64,000 nt of DNA from an uncultured Aliarcobacter sp. (GTDB taxonomy: Bacteria > Campylobacterota > Campylobacteria > Campylobacterales > Arcobacteraceae): NCBI GenBank assembly GCA_963664305.2, contig CAXXLV010000001.1, positions 128,001-192,000 on the forward strand, given 5' to 3'. The notes beneath the pieces were generated by a model. It worked only from the letters and a program-made list of their open reading frames with translations, made no database searches and was not told where the DNA came from. The translations under genes and the position numbers were made by a program. Shown here piece by piece: positions 20,129-32,422 of this stretch (position 1 is its first letter; each line of letters opens with the position of its first letter).

Positions 20129-21185
20129 TTAATAACTCTTTTATAATATTTTCACTAGCTTTACCACCACCATATAAATCTAATTTTGAATTTTCTTTAT
20201 TAAATTCAATATTATTCTTATAAGCTTCTAATATTTTTTCTTTATCTGCCCCAATCAATGTATTTGCTCCACACTCTACCAGTTCAACCCATTCTGTTTC
20301 ATCTCTTAGAGTTATACATTGTTTTTCAAAAAAATATGCCTCTTTTTGAAGTCCTCCACTATCTGTCATCACAAAATCACAATTATCTATCAGCCATACC
20401 ATTTCAAGATAACCAATAGGTTCAATAATAGTAAGATTTTGTATATTTAATTTTAAATTTTCTAATGTTTTTTTAGTTCGTGGATGAAGTGGTAAAACCA
20501 CTTGTTTTTCTTTAGCTATTTCTTCTAATGCTTCAAATATACTTTTTAATCTAGTTTCATCTTCTGTATTTTCTGCTCTATGAATTGTACAAAGTATAAA
20601 ACTATTTTTTATTTCAATATTTGGTTTTACTGCTAGATTTTTATAAAAAATTGCTCCATCTTGCATAACATCACCACTTTTTACTATCTTACAATCAAGA
20701 TTTTCATATCCTTCATCTTTAAGATTTTGTATAGCAGTGTCTGTTGGACAAAATAACATATTACTTACTCTATCTGTAAGTATTCTATTTACTTCTTCAG
20801 GCATTTTCATATTAAAACTTCTAAGCCCTGCTTCTATGTGAGCTAGTTTTATATGAAGTTTACTTGCTACTATCGCACCAGATAATGTAGAGTTTGTATC
20901 TCCATACACCATAATCCAATCAGGTTTTTCTTTGAGTGCCACTTCTTCTATCTTTTCTATCATCTGTCCAGTCATGGCACCGTGTGATTTTCCACCAATA
21001 CCTAAAAAATAGTTTGGTTTTGGTATTTGCATCTCATCAAAAAATATATCACTCATATTTGCATCATAGTGCTGTCCCGTATGAACGATAATCTCTTCTA
21101 TCTCTTCATATTTTGCTATCTCACGACTTACGCTTCCTGCTTTTATAAATTGCGGTCTTGCACCTAGTATTGTTAGTATTTTCAT
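20118..21185 (-). CDS. wbpI: Non-hydrolysing UDP-N-acetylhexosamine(uronate) 2-epimerase (WbpI/WecB)
   Basis: [40 protein letters not shown]; wbpB/D/E in the same locus. Confidence 0.85.
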   Translation of the reverse strand: MKILTILGARPQFIKAGSVSREIAKYEEIEEIIVHTGQHYDANMSDIFFDEMQIPKPNYFLGIGGKSHGAMTGQMIEKIEEVALKEKPDWIMVYGDTNSTLSGAIVASKLHIKLAHIEAGLRSFNMKMPEEVNRILTDRVSNMLFCPTDTAIQNLKDEGYENLDCKIVKSGDVMQDGAIFYKNLAVKPNIEIKNSFILCTIHRAENTEDETRLKSIFEALEEIAKEKQVVLPLHPRTKKTLENLKLNIQNLTIIEPIGYLEMVWLIDNCDFVMTDSGGLQKEAYFFEKQCITLRDETEWVELVECGANTLIGADKEKILEAYKNNIEFNKENSKLDLYGGGKASENIIKELLNVK

Positions 21186-22294
21186 TTTGTCAACTCCTCA
21201 TACACTTCAAACAACTTCTTCTCTTCAACTTGCCAATTATACTTTGTAAGAACAGCTTTCTTCCCATTTTTTCCCATCTCTTCTGCTTCTTTTGGATGCA
21301 ACATAATATACTCAATAGCTTCAGATATCTCTTTTGGTTCAAGTGGGTTTACACATATACCACAACTATTCCCTTCTACTATCTCTTTCCATAGTGGAAA
21401 ATCAGAAGTGATTATAGGCAATCCTGCACTCATATATTCAAACATTTTATTTGGTTGTGCATCTATATGATTTGGTAAAGGATGAAAAGTAACTATTCCA
21501 GCTTTTGACCGACTCATCACATTTGCCACGTCATCTCTTCCTAAAAAACCAAGTTCATCTACTTTTTGCCACCCACTGTAGGCTTTTACTTCTTCTTCTA
21601 CTGATTTTTCAGAAAAAGCACCTACAAGATTGAGTTTTGTTTCACCTGTGAACTCCATGGCATGTACGACTTCTTTAATACCACGTATGTGAGCTATTCC
21701 ACCCACATAACAAACTTCATCTTTTTTCTCACTCCAAAGTGTTTCATTTGAAAGTTCATCCAAGATTGGAAAGTTATTTATATCTGTACTATTTTTATTT
21801 ATTTTTAAAAATTTATCTCTAATGTATGGTGTAGCAGTAACGATATAATCAAATTTTTTACAAGCATATTTTTCATATATTTCAAAACTATATGAGAGTG
21901 TTATTTTTGCAGGTTTATTTAAATATGGTTTTCCAAGCAACTGTTTTGGCAAATCTTCATGGGCATCAAATATCACTTTTTTACCCAACTTTTTAAGCTT
22001 CAATCCTATAGGTATAAGCTCTGGGTCATGAAGATGATATATATCGCTATCTAGCTCTTTTGCTTTTTCAAAAACCTTTTTAACAGTTTTTGTCATACGA
22101 AAAATTCTTCCACCAGTTTTTGCACCTATATCAAAAATATCTATACTATTTTTAGATTCTTCCCCTTTTCCATCTGCTACAACGAGACTAACTTTATGAT
22201 TCCCATTTTTAGCTAAAGATGTACACATTTTTAAAAATATTCTTGTATCATATCTACTATGTGCTGATGTTAGGTGTGTTATTTTAATTTGCAT
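21182..22294 (-). CDS. GT4 glycosyltransferase
   Basis: [35 protein letters not shown]. Confidence 0.88.
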   Translation of the reverse strand: MQIKITHLTSAHSRYDTRIFLKMCTSLAKNGNHKVSLVVADGKGEESKNSIDIFDIGAKTGGRIFRMTKTVKKVFEKAKELDSDIYHLHDPELIPIGLKLKKLGKKVIFDAHEDLPKQLLGKPYLNKPAKITLSYSFEIYEKYACKKFDYIVTATPYIRDKFLKINKNSTDINNFPILDELSNETLWSEKKDEVCYVGGIAHIRGIKEVVHAMEFTGETKLNLVGAFSEKSVEEEVKAYSGWQKVDELGFLGRDDVANVMSRSKAGIVTFHPLPNHIDAQPNKMFEYMSAGLPIITSDFPLWKEIVEGNSCGICVNPLEPKEISEAIEYIMLHPKEAEEMGKNGKKAVLTKYNWQVEEKKLFEVYEELTK

Positions 22295-22317
22295 GTATTG
22301 TCCTACTATATAAATAT

Positions 22318-23601
22318 TTATTTTTTTCTAAATTCAATTTTATTATTCTGAATATTTAATGTAATTATAACTATTATAATTATAAACAAACCATGAGTAA
22401 GTAATGTTGTAGATAAATCTGAACTAATAAAAAATGTAAATACGGATAAAAAAGCTAAACTAATTTTAATAAATTTCTCCTCTTCATTGAATATAAAATT
22501 ATTAATAATATTTAAAATAATTGTTGCAATAAGTGTATAAAGTACAATGCCTAATAATTTTGCATGTACGAATGCCATTGGAATAAATCCAATATTTAGT
22601 GAATTACCAGATATTTTTAAATAATCACCCATTAATAATGAAACTTCTTTATTAAAAGGATATGTAAAAAATGATTTTAATATTCCATTTGACCAATAAA
22701 TACTATCGATAAAGGAAAAGAAATCAAAATATGCAAAATTTAATACTGAAGGAAGGAAAACTAATCTTCTTATTAAAAAGGACATAATCCAAATATCTCT
22801 TGTCAATAAATGAATCAAAATAATACTAAAAAAAAACATTATTATTCCAAATAGTATAATTATCCTATTCCAATTGAACCTATATATAATATAAATAAAA
22901 ATTACTAAAAACATACTAAGAAAAATACTTTTGTATCCTGTAAATAAGTAAAATATTAGAAATATTGATATTGAGAATAACATCATATAATAATTCTTTT
23001 TTAATAGTGCCCATGAAAAAACAAACACCATAAAAACTTTAAAAACCCAATTATTTATATAACCAAAAATTCCTTTATTAGTAAGATCACTAAATTTTTC
23101 TCTAAAATCATATACTTCTCTTATATCAACTACAAAATTACCTTTGGTAACATATATTATATGTATTAAAACAACAATTATAATTATAAAACTAAATAAT
23201 AATATATATTTTGGAGATATTTTTATTTTAACTAACTTGTTTATATCATAGTTTTTAGTAAAAACTAGTATCAAAATATAAGGTATTAACAAATAAAATA
23301 AATATTTTATACTTATATTAGTATAACTAAAATATACAATATTTGGTAAGATATATAAAAAATATAAAAATACAAAAATAGTAAATATCCTCAAATCTTT
23401 TTTATATAATAAAATCATATAAATACCTAAAGCTAAAATCCATCCTAAAATGTAATCTATTAAATTAAAATTTATTTTATAGAGATTACTGATGTTAATT
23501 CTTATAGATATTAAGTAGTAGGCATATTCAAAAATCAGCTTTAATATTATAACCAAAAATACTTCATAAATTTTTGATATTTGTAAATTACTAATTTTCA
23601 T
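22318..23601 (-). CDS. wzy: Polytopic membrane protein, probable Wzy polymerase
   Basis: About 10-12 hydrophobic segments, extremely AT-rich, adjacent to flippase. Confidence 0.6.
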   Translation of the reverse strand: MKISNLQISKIYEVFLVIILKLIFEYAYYLISIRINISNLYKINFNLIDYILGWILALGIYMILLYKKDLRIFTIFVFLYFLYILPNIVYFSYTNISIKYLFYLLIPYILILVFTKNYDINKLVKIKISPKYILLFSFIIIIVVLIHIIYVTKGNFVVDIREVYDFREKFSDLTNKGIFGYINNWVFKVFMVFVFSWALLKKNYYMMLFSISIFLIFYLFTGYKSIFLSMFLVIFIYIIYRFNWNRIIILFGIIMFFFSIILIHLLTRDIWIMSFLIRRLVFLPSVLNFAYFDFFSFIDSIYWSNGILKSFFTYPFNKEVSLLMGDYLKISGNSLNIGFIPMAFVHAKLLGIVLYTLIATIILNIINNFIFNEEEKFIKISLAFLSVFTFFISSDLSTTLLTHGLFIIIIVIITLNIQNNKIEFRKK

Positions 23602-24874
23602 AATTATCTGCTTTATAAACTACAGAAAAGATTATATATAAATATATCATATATAATAAAAATTGATGTATAGTATAATACTTAAGAAATAAATATAATT
23701 CAAATTTATTATAATAAGATATAGAAAAAAAAACAATACTAGTACACAAATATAAATATTGCCAAATTGCTAATAATTTAAGTTTATTATAACTTACTAA
23801 AGAAATACTGATTGTTGATACTACAAAAGTGACAAAAAAACTTATTGCTAAATACTTGCTTATTTCACCAGATATAATCCAATTTTCCCCAAAAATAATT
23901 TCAAAAGTAATAGGTGCAAATAAATAAATTGCTATCGATATAGGTAAAGATATAATTATTAACTTTTTAAATGTACTTATAAGGAGGGGTAAATTCTTTT
24001 TATTATTTTTTATATTCTGAGATACTTCATGAAAAAAAACTTGTGATATTGAATTTGCCATTAAAGAACTTGGTAAATATACAATTCTTTGAGCAAAAAA
24101 GAAATAACCAGAAATTGATAAATCAAATATTTTTGGTATCATAAAAAATGGTATTTGAGTAGTTATATTATTTGATAAAGTAGAAAATAAATTATATCTT
24201 GGAAAATTTTTATATTTCTTTGCTAAAATTATAATCTTTATTATTGATATTTTGGAAATTAAAACTCTATCTTTTAATATATTTTTTAAAAGCTTCATAT
24301 TTGCAAACATATTTGAAAACAATTGACCTAAAATAAGTCCACTAGCTCCTAGTTTTATAAATCCAATACTTAATTGAAAGATAGCTAAAACAATAGATTT
24401 TAAAATAGTTGCATTTCTTAAATCTTTATAATTCTTTTTTCTATTATTAAAATAGTTTAAAATATTATACAGACCACTAAAAAATATAGCAATAGGTATA
24501 AAATATAACCAAAAACTTATTTCTGTATTTCCCAAAATAGAAGAAAAATAATCATTAAATATTAGAATAATAATAAATAGAAAAATAGATATAACACAAG
24601 TTATAATGAAACCTAAAGCAAATATATTTATAGCATCTTCATCTTTTTTTGGTAACATAATAGCTAATTCATATCTTCCATTAACAATATTTCCCAACAT
24701 AGATATAATTGCTATAAATAATGCAAATATTCCAAAATCTTCTGGTGTATATATTCTTGCAAGTATTGGACTAATCGCTATTGGTATTGCTTGAGCAATA
24801 GCCGTACCTGTCATAAGAGTAACTATATTTTTACTAAATTCTGATTTAATTTTTATCATTTGTTCTTTGTTCAT
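23591..24874 (-). CDS. wzx: Wzx oligosaccharide flippase
   Basis: GTAIAQAIPIAISPILARIYTPEDFG, RYELAI, KYKNFP; about 12 TMs; start could be 24859. Confidence 0.88.
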   Translation of the reverse strand: MNKEQMIKIKSEFSKNIVTLMTGTAIAQAIPIAISPILARIYTPEDFGIFALFIAIISMLGNIVNGRYELAIMLPKKDEDAINIFALGFIITCVISIFLFIIILIFNDYFSSILGNTEISFWLYFIPIAIFFSGLYNILNYFNNRKKNYKDLRNATILKSIVLAIFQLSIGFIKLGASGLILGQLFSNMFANMKLLKNILKDRVLISKISIIKIIILAKKYKNFPRYNLFSTLSNNITTQIPFFMIPKIFDLSISGYFFFAQRIVYLPSSLMANSISQVFFHEVSQNIKNNKKNLPLLISTFKKLIIISLPISIAIYLFAPITFEIIFGENWIISGEISKYLAISFFVTFVVSTISISLVSYNKLKLLAIWQYLYLCTSIVFFSISYYNKFELYLFLKYYTIHQFLLYMIYLYIIFSVVYKADNYEN

Positions 24875-26012
24875 CTATAACATAAAGATGCATTACTGTT
24901 AAAACAAACCAAATATATGAATATGTATAGCTATGAAATAATAATATATTAATAAACATATAGAAACCTAAATAAAATATAAAATCAGAATTTTTATTAT
25001 GCTTTTTCCAAGGCTTATATACTTTTATTAATCTTGAAAAATAAAAAATTGTGAATACCATAAAAAATATAATTCCAAACTGTCTTAAAAAAGAAAGCCA
25101 ATTATGCATATAACTACCTAATCCACTTTTGTAAACACTATCAGAATGAATAATTGTTTGTCCTAAATATTGTCCAAAAAAATAATTATTTTTAATTGCA
25201 TCTAAACCATATTTAAATTGTTCCATTCTTTCACTAAAAGAACTATCTTTTCTAATAACTGTAAATCCAAACATCCTTGTATCAATTCTGATAATATCAA
25301 AAGAATACAAAAGCAAAAAAAATATAATAAAAAACAAAAATAAATAAAAGAAATTTTTAAATCCTATTTCTTTGATTAAAAATATTAAATATACAATAAA
25401 GAATGAATAAAAACTTGCTCTAGACTTAATAATAAATAATAAAAGTAATATAAAAGTCATAATTAAAATTTTTAAATATTTTTTTTCAATTAAAAAAACT
25501 ATATATAATCCAATTATTGGTAAAACAGCCCCTATTAATTGATGTCTTAATTTATATTTTAATAAATTATAATCAATATTCAATAAAATAAACCAGACAA
25601 GTATAAAAAAACTAATATACATTAAAACATAAAAATATTTTTTATTTATATTTTTATAAAAAATTACACCTAACATAATATTAAACACTGAATATAAAAT
25701 AACTTTAAATTGAAACCATATACCTGCATCTGTAATATATTCCATTCTATAAAAATGATAATATATTAAATAAATTATCATATATGTTATCAAAAAAAAG
25801 AACCAAATAAAGTGTTTATAATTCTTTTTAAAATAATTTGATAAAGAAATTATTAATATTGAAAATGATAGAATCAATACAATTATAGATAATAAACTTT
25901 GTTCTTTTTGTGTATTAAAAGACTGAATCATTATATAAATAACAAAATAATAGAGTAAAACAATTATAGAAATACTATTTAAATAATTTTTACTAATTAC
26001 CATTAAATTCAC
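24846..26012 (-). CDS. O-antigen ligase/polymerase-like (Wzy_C/WaaL) membrane protein
   Basis: KSRAS, DSSFSER, FFGQ, YMHN motifs within a polytopic protein. Confidence 0.7.
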   Translation of the reverse strand: MNLMVISKNYLNSISIIVLLYYFVIYIMIQSFNTQKEQSLLSIIVLILSFSILIISLSNYFKKNYKHFIWFFFLITYMIIYLIYYHFYRMEYITDAGIWFQFKVILYSVFNIMLGVIFYKNINKKYFYVLMYISFFILVWFILLNIDYNLLKYKLRHQLIGAVLPIIGLYIVFLIEKKYLKILIMTFILLLLFIIKSRASFYSFFIVYLIFLIKEIGFKNFFYLFLFFIIFFLLLYSFDIIRIDTRMFGFTVIRKDSSFSERMEQFKYGLDAIKNNYFFGQYLGQTIIHSDSVYKSGLGSYMHNWLSFLRQFGIIFFMVFTIFYFSRLIKVYKPWKKHNKNSDFIFYLGFYMFINILLFHSYTYSYIWFVLTVMHLYVIDEQRTNDKN

Positions 26013-27004
26013 TTTAAATTTTTAGTTGTTAATAAGAGGTAGAATAACACAAAAAGCATCATGAAAACACCTAAAATATAAATATCATCTCTAACTTTAA
26101 ATCCTAAACCAATATAAACAAAAATCAATTGTAAAAGTATTAGAATTGTTGATGTTTTTCTTACATTTTTATGCTGTTGAAATAAAATTACATGATGAAT
26201 ATGCGTATTGTCTGCTTTAAATGGATTTTTCTTTTGGCTAATTCTTCGTACCATCACAATTAAAGTATCTAAAATAGGAACAGCAGCAAGAAGTAGTATT
26301 GAAACTGCACTCACATAATTTTGATTTATTGAATATATAGATAAAACTACAATCACAAAACCTAAAGAAAGGCTTCCAGTATCTCCCATAAAAATTTTTG
26401 AAGGATACCAATTAAAAATTAAAAATCCTAATAAAGAAAATATTAAAGTTATAGAAATATAAAATAAAAAATTATCACTATATTTAAAACCAATATATGA
26501 GAATGAAACTAATATAACTATTCCTATTCCTGCAGAAAGTCCATCCAAGCCATCTATTAAATTCATAGCATTAATAAAACCTACAACTGCAAAAAGTAGA
26601 AATATATAAGATACAAAAGGTGACATAATAAAATCAATTTTTGCAAAAACACCAATTGAATGTATGAAATATCCATCAAAATATAAAAAAGTAGCAGATA
26701 TAATAATCCAAAAGAATTTAATTTTAGAAGAAATATTTTTTACATCATCGTATACACCAAGGAAAAAAATAATAAAAAAAGCCAAAATTAAATATAAAGA
26801 AAGTTCTACATTAAAAAAAAACAAACCTATAATAAAAGATATAACTATAGCTATTCCACCAGCTCTTGATTTTTCAATTAAATGCAAACTTCTACTGTTT
26901 GGTTTATCTATTAATCTTAATTTATAAGAATAACGTATTAAAAACTTATTAATTAATATTGAGATAAAAAAAACAGCTATTAATATAAATATATTAAGAT
27001 TCAA
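26009..27004 (-). CDS. Second MraY/WecA-family HexNAc-1-P transferase
   Basis: DKPNSRSLH, GGIAI, GVYDD, NAMNLIDGLDGL, IFMGDTGS, HIHH. Confidence 0.9.
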   Translation of the reverse strand: MNLNIFILIAVFFISILINKFLIRYSYKLRLIDKPNSRSLHLIEKSRAGGIAIVISFIIGLFFFNVELSLYLILAFFIIFFLGVYDDVKNISSKIKFFWIIISATFLYFDGYFIHSIGVFAKIDFIMSPFVSYIFLLFAVVGFINAMNLIDGLDGLSAGIGIVILVSFSYIGFKYSDNFLFYISITLIFSLLGFLIFNWYPSKIFMGDTGSLSLGFVIVVLSIYSINQNYVSAVSILLLAAVPILDTLIVMVRRISQKKNPFKADNTHIHHVILFQQHKNVRKTSTILILLQLIFVYIGLGFKVRDDIYILGVFMMLFVLFYLLLTTKNLK

Positions 27005-27060
27005 ATTTCTCCCTTATTTACTAAAAGATTTAATTATATAACAAATAGGCTTTTAATAAT

Positions 27061-28167
27061 TTAAATTTTGTTTATTTCAAATAAATACTTACGTATAACA
27101 ATTCTTTCATCATATTCTTCAACAATTTTTTTTCTTCCTGCTATTCCCATTCTATTGCGAATATTTTCATCTAATAAAAACATTCTTTTCATTGTATTTT
27201 CTAAACTTTTACTATTTTTTACATCGCATAAGAAACCATTTATTTCATCATCTACAACATCTTTACAGCCTACCGTGTTTGTTGTAATGAGAGGCTTAGC
27301 CATACTTGCACTTTCTAAAAGAGTTCTTGGAGTACCTTCCCTATATGATGGCAAAACAATACAATCTGCTTGCTTTATAATTTCTTGAACATTATCAGAA
27401 GTTCCTAAATAATTTATAATTCCTTCATCTATCCATTGATTCATTTGTTCTTTAGGTACTGATGTATTATTAACAGCATCTAAAGAACCTAGAATCTGAA
27501 ACTCTACATTACTATATTTAATTTTTAAACTTTTAGCTGCTTCTACATATTCTCCTATTCCTTTATCCCAAAGAATCCTAGCAATAAGTAGAAATCTAAA
27601 AATATTATCTCTCTTTCTATATAATATAGGAGAAAATCTATTTACATCCACTCCACTTCCAGGAAGGATATCTGACTGTTTATTAGAAACAATCTTATAT
27701 TTCATAAACAATTCTTTATCATCACTATTTTGAAAAAAAACTTTTGATGAGTTTTTTAATGACAATTTATATAAAAGCTTTACTATCTTAGTAACTATAC
27801 TTTCTTTTATGAAAACAGTACCTAATCCAGAAATATTATTTATCGTTTTAATTCCTAGTAAATGACAAGCAATATTTCCATATATATTAGGTTTTATTGT
27901 ATAGTTTAAAACTATTTCTGGTTTTATTTCTTTATATAATTTATAAAACTGCCACAAGGTTTTAATATCTTCTTTTGGATTTGTTCCTTTATTACTTATA
28001 TAAATATCATAAAACTCAAACTCTTCTTTTAATTTTTTACTATAACTATCAGTAGGAGCTACTAAAATTACTTGATAACCTTCTTTTTTCAATGCCCGAG
28101 CTAAATTTAATCGAAAATTATAAATATTCCATGAAGTATTAACACAAATTACTATTTTTTTATTCAA
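27061..28167 (-). CDS. GT4 glycosyltransferase, PglA/WbnE-like
   Basis: YNFR, YTIKPNIYG, ISGLG, PGSGVD, LPSYREGTPRTLLE. Confidence 0.88.
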   Translation of the reverse strand: MNKKIVICVNTSWNIYNFRLNLARALKKEGYQVILVAPTDSYSKKLKEEFEFYDIYISNKGTNPKEDIKTLWQFYKLYKEIKPEIVLNYTIKPNIYGNIACHLLGIKTINNISGLGTVFIKESIVTKIVKLLYKLSLKNSSKVFFQNSDDKELFMKYKIVSNKQSDILPGSGVDVNRFSPILYRKRDNIFRFLLIARILWDKGIGEYVEAAKSLKIKYSNVEFQILGSLDAVNNTSVPKEQMNQWIDEGIINYLGTSDNVQEIIKQADCIVLPSYREGTPRTLLESASMAKPLITTNTVGCKDVVDDEINGFLCDVKNSKSLENTMKRMFLLDENIRNRMGIAGRKKIVEEYDERIVIRKYLFEINKI

Positions 28168-29284
28168 TATCTAGAACCTTCTTAAATTTATTAATTATTT
28201 TATCTATTTTAAACTCTGTTACTCTTTGTAAGTTATCATTTTTTATTTTATTTATATCAATATTCCCATATAAATAGTATCTAATCTTTTTAATTAATAA
28301 ATCTTCATTACCTACAGGATAAAGTAAACCATATCTTTCATTGTCTAAAATCTCTCTTGGCCCACTTTTACAATCACTTGAAATAACAGGTAATCCACAA
28401 GCTAAAGCTTCAACTAATACATTAGGAAAACCTTCTGTTTCTGAATTTAATACAAATAAGTTAGAGTTATTTAAATAATAAAAAGGATTTTTAACATTTC
28501 CTAAAAAGTGAATTTTTTTTGAAAGTCCTAATTTTTTAGACAAATCTATTAATTTATCTTTTAATATCCCATCACCTAAGAAAATCAATTCTAGATTATT
28601 ATCTTCTTTTTGAAGTTTAAAAAAAACATTTATTAAATCATTATTTCTTTTTAAAGGAATAAGTCTTCCTACAGAGATAATGTATTTTTTATTTTTATCA
28701 AAAAAGAATTCACAATCATCACAAGTTTCTTTTCTTTTCTCAACATACTCTAAATCTATAGGATTATTTATTACTTCTGTAGAAGTAGTTATTTTCATAA
28801 GTGATTTCAAGTCATTATCTACACCTTGTGAGTTTGAAATGATCAAATCAGCTTTATTAAATAACAATTTAATTAAAAATAAATTTATTTTCCCACTTAA
28901 ACCTTCATTTTTATATCTTGAAGTAGTACTTCTTATATTTATAATAGTTTTGTGTTTTACTCCAAAAAGCTTAGATAAAATATTTATATAATTTGCACGG
29001 TATAAAAAAGACATTATAGTATCAATATTATTTTGCTTAATATATTTTGCAAGTTTAAATGAGAAGAAAGGAATAGTTAAAAACTTAGAAATTGAAGTGC
29101 TTGTTTTTAATGAAAAAATCTTTAGATTTATATTATTTGGTATTTCATATTGAATACCATCTTCAAGTAAAATAAGATGTACTTTTATTGAATTATCTTT
29201 TTCTAATTCTTTTAAAAGTAAAGATACAACTCTTTCTGCACCACCAATATTTAAATTATTTATAACTATTAAAATATTTTTCAT
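28160..29284 (-). CDS. GT4 glycosyltransferase, PglJ-like
   Basis: GGAERV, SVGRL, EGFPNVLVEALACG, DCKSGPREIL. Confidence 0.88.
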   Translation of the reverse strand: MKNILIVINNLNIGGAERVVSLLLKELEKDNSIKVHLILLEDGIQYEIPNNINLKIFSLKTSTSISKFLTIPFFSFKLAKYIKQNNIDTIMSFLYRANYINILSKLFGVKHKTIINIRSTTSRYKNEGLSGKINLFLIKLLFNKADLIISNSQGVDNDLKSLMKITTSTEVINNPIDLEYVEKRKETCDDCEFFFDKNKKYIISVGRLIPLKRNNDLINVFFKLQKEDNNLELIFLGDGILKDKLIDLSKKLGLSKKIHFLGNVKNPFYYLNNSNLFVLNSETEGFPNVLVEALACGLPVISSDCKSGPREILDNERYGLLYPVGNEDLLIKKIRYYLYGNIDINKIKNDNLQRVTEFKIDKIINKFKKVLDIE

Positions 29285-31290
29285 CTTTTATTAATAAGCT
29301 CCAAAAGTTCTGTCTTAAAACCTTCAATTACTTCAATTGAACCATATTTACTTAAATGATGAGAATCGGAATAAATAAGATGTCTTTTTTTATCAAGATT
29401 ATTACAAATATCATCTTTACATAAAACTTTTGAAGGATCAAAGAAAATAAACTTTTTAGTTCTATTTGATGCCTCTTCTAAATAATTATTAAACTCTTTT
29501 ATCTCAGTTGTTAAAGAAGAAGTAAAGTTTTTTTCTAAGTCTTTATTATTACTAAAAATTGGATTAGGTCTACTAAAAATATCATATAAATTTTTACCTG
29601 CTTCTGGTACTTGTCCTATTATAATTAATTTTCTATCTCCAATCATTTCTTTTAATTTATAGATACCTTCTAATATATCATCATAAGTAACTTTTTTATT
29701 TAACCTAACTTTATTTTCATCTAATAAATCTGCTCTATTAATTTGGCTTAACCACTTAGAAGAGAGAATTAAAACACTACTTTTTGTACCATTCTCTAAA
29801 AACTCAATACCTTGCTTTAAAGCTTTTGAACATATTTCATCCCAATCAATGCCCTTTGTTGTTCTAGTAAAGTTTGGAAGCATAATACAACTTGTTCCTG
29901 AACTACTATATAAATTTAAATTATATGGTTTTGCAATAACTTTGTAAAAACCTTCTAAATAGTGTCTTGCATGAGAATCACCTATTACTACTATATCTGC
30001 TTTGTTTTTGGTTTGAACAGCTCCTGTATAAGGATAACCTTCACCACCATAAAACTTTTTATGAAAATTTTTTGTATCACCTACATTTTCAAAATTTACA
30101 ATACTATTAACTCTCCAACTCCAGCCATTAAAATAATACATACTAAACCCAATTATATTTATAAATAAAAATAGTGATATTAAAATATTTTTTATACTTT
30201 TTTTACTCATATCGACTGTTTTATTTCTAAAAGGTTGTTCTACATACTTATAACTAAGAGTTGCAAAAAATAGACATAAAAAAGTGATAATTAAATTATC
30301 ATATATTGTTACGCTATCTGATATATAATTCCAAATTACAATTATAGGCCAATGAACAAGATATAAAGAATAACTAATCAATCCAATATTTACAAATAGC
30401 TTATTTTCTAAAATAAAACTAAATCTACTATTAATAGATGAATATATAATAAAAGCTGTTCCTAAAATAGGAAGTATAGCACTATAATAAGGGAAAATCA
30501 TATTTTCATCAAAATATAAAATTGAATATAAAATAAAACCTAAGCTTATTAAAAAAAGAATATCATAATAAACTTTTTTTGATAACTTATAATGAATAAA
30601 CCAAACTAAAACTGCACCAAATAAAAACTCAAAAAATCTAAAAGGAAGTAAAAAGAATATTGTTGATTTGCCATCTGAAAATAAATCTTTTGCAAAAGGA
30701 AGAAAATGGTTAATTAATGTAATATTTCCATCTTTAAAAATATATGTAAGTAAAAAAGTGATTAAAAGTACACTAATAAATAAAATAAAAAGTACTGATT
30801 TTCTTTTTATTTTTACTAAAAAGAGTAAAGTAATCGGCCAAATTAAATAAAATTGTTCTTCTATACTTAAAGTCCAAGTATGAAGTAAAGGTTTAACTTT
30901 AGATGAAACATCAAAATAATCAGACTCTACCCAGAAAAAAAAGTTTGAGATACTCAATAAAGAAGTAACTAATGATCCTCCATAACTACTTAAATGAGTT
31001 GGAGAAAAAATAAAACTAACTACAATTGTAGTTATAAATAAAGTAACAAATAGGGCAGGAAACAATCTTCTTATTCTACGAATATAAAAATTCTTAAAAT
31101 TAAAAGAAGAAGTTTCTTCTATCTCTTTTTTAATAATGCTCGTAATGAGAAAACCACTTATTACAAAAAATATATCAACACCTACAAAACCACCACTAAG
31201 ATATTTTGCATCCAAATGAAAAATTAAAACACTTAGAATTGCAATAGCTCTTAAACCATCTATATCTGCTCTATATTTTATATTATTCAA
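29281..31290 (-). CDS. Acyltransferase-3/SGNH O-acyltransferase (OafA-like)
   Basis: YRADIDGLRAIA, GVDIFFVISGFLIT, HTWTLSIEEQFY, GDSHA, DSHH. Confidence 0.9.
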   Translation of the reverse strand: MNNIKYRADIDGLRAIAILSVLIFHLDAKYLSGGFVGVDIFFVISGFLITSIIKKEIEETSSFNFKNFYIRRIRRLFPALFVTLFITTIVVSFIFSPTHLSSYGGSLVTSLLSISNFFFWVESDYFDVSSKVKPLLHTWTLSIEEQFYLIWPITLLFLVKIKRKSVLFILFISVLLITFLLTYIFKDGNITLINHFLPFAKDLFSDGKSTIFFLLPFRFFEFLFGAVLVWFIHYKLSKKVYYDILFLISLGFILYSILYFDENMIFPYYSAILPILGTAFIIYSSINSRFSFILENKLFVNIGLISYSLYLVHWPIIVIWNYISDSVTIYDNLIITFLCLFFATLSYKYVEQPFRNKTVDMSKKSIKNILISLFLFINIIGFSMYYFNGWSWRVNSIVNFENVGDTKNFHKKFYGGEGYPYTGAVQTKNKADIVVIGDSHARHYLEGFYKVIAKPYNLNLYSSSGTSCIMLPNFTRTTKGIDWDEICSKALKQGIEFLENGTKSSVLILSSKWLSQINRADLLDENKVRLNKKVTYDDILEGIYKLKEMIGDRKLIIIGQVPEAGKNLYDIFSRPNPIFSNNKDLEKNFTSSLTTEIKEFNNYLEEASNRTKKFIFFDPSKVLCKDDICNNLDKKRHLIYSDSHHLSKYGSIEVIEGFKTELLELINKR

Positions 31291-31309
31291 TCATTTTCCT
31301 ATTTTAAAC

Positions 31310-32422
31310 TTAATTAATTATATAGTCTAAATATTTATCACCAATTGTCTGCACACTAAACTTTTTTGCATATTCAATTAATTCTAATTTTTTTTCAGAG
31401 CTATTCTCTTTTTTTAACTCTAATATCAATGTTTCAATATATGCTTTTTTATTATTTAATTCTACTAGTTTTCCGTATTTACCATTTTCAAGTATCATTT
31501 TAGGTCCTCCTGGACAATTTGTTGATACTACGGGTGTTCCAGCACTTAATGCTTCAACTAAAACATTACCAAAACCTTCCCATTGAGAAGATAAGGCAAA
31601 TAAAGTTGCTTCACGATAAAAGGGAAAAATATTTTCTTGGAATTCTTCTATTTTAATAAAATTATTCAAATTTAATTCTTCTATTTTTTTTTCTAATTTA
31701 GCTTTTTCACTTCCTTCACCAATTATTACTAATCGTGCATTATTAATTTTTTTAACTACTTCTGCAAAACATTCAATTAAGAAAGTAAAATGTTTTAATT
31801 TATGTAATCTTCCAACAGAAACTACTGTTTTATAATTCTTATTTAAAAGCCATTTATTTGTACACTTCTTTTCTAAAAGTTCCTTATAATCTAAGGGAAG
31901 GACAGGATTTCCTATAACTTTTATTTTATCTTCTTTTATAATATTCTCATTAATTAAGTCCATTTTCGTATCATATGAGTTTGCAATTAAATTCTTTGCT
32001 TTTAAATAAGATATTTTCATAAGATACTTATAAATTAATTTTTGAAAAAGAGGTAGTTTCTTCATTCCTGATAAAGTACTTGCTTCTCTAAATGTAATGT
32101 ATTCTATTTTTAATCCATATGCTGAAATACCTATTAAAATATTAACATCTCTAATTACAGAAAGGATACATGAATTAGTATTATCCTTTAAATATTTTCT
32201 TAATTTAAAAACAACATATCTACTTCTTGAAATATTTAAATCAATGATATTTACACCTGAGTGTACAAGATTTAAATAACTACCTTTTTTTTTAAAAAGA
32301 ACTAAATCAACTTCATGACCAATTGAATTATAATAATTTGCTAAATTAACTGCTACTTTTTCAGCACCCCCACCATTTAAACTAGGAGATATAATTGAAA
32401 TTTTTTGGTTATTTTTTTTCAT
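31310..32422 (-). CDS. GT4 glycosyltransferase
   Basis: GGGAEKV, SVGRL, WEGFGNVLVEAL, CPGGP. Confidence 0.88.
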   Translation of the reverse strand: MKKNNQKISIISPSLNGGGAEKVAVNLANYYNSIGHEVDLVLFKKKGSYLNLVHSGVNIIDLNISRSRYVVFKLRKYLKDNTNSCILSVIRDVNILIGISAYGLKIEYITFREASTLSGMKKLPLFQKLIYKYLMKISYLKAKNLIANSYDTKMDLINENIIKEDKIKVIGNPVLPLDYKELLEKKCTNKWLLNKNYKTVVSVGRLHKLKHFTFLIECFAEVVKKINNARLVIIGEGSEKAKLEKKIEELNLNNFIKIEEFQENIFPFYREATLFALSSQWEGFGNVLVEALSAGTPVVSTNCPGGPKMILENGKYGKLVELNNKKAYIETLILELKKENSSEKKLELIEYAKKFSVQTIGDKYLDYIIN

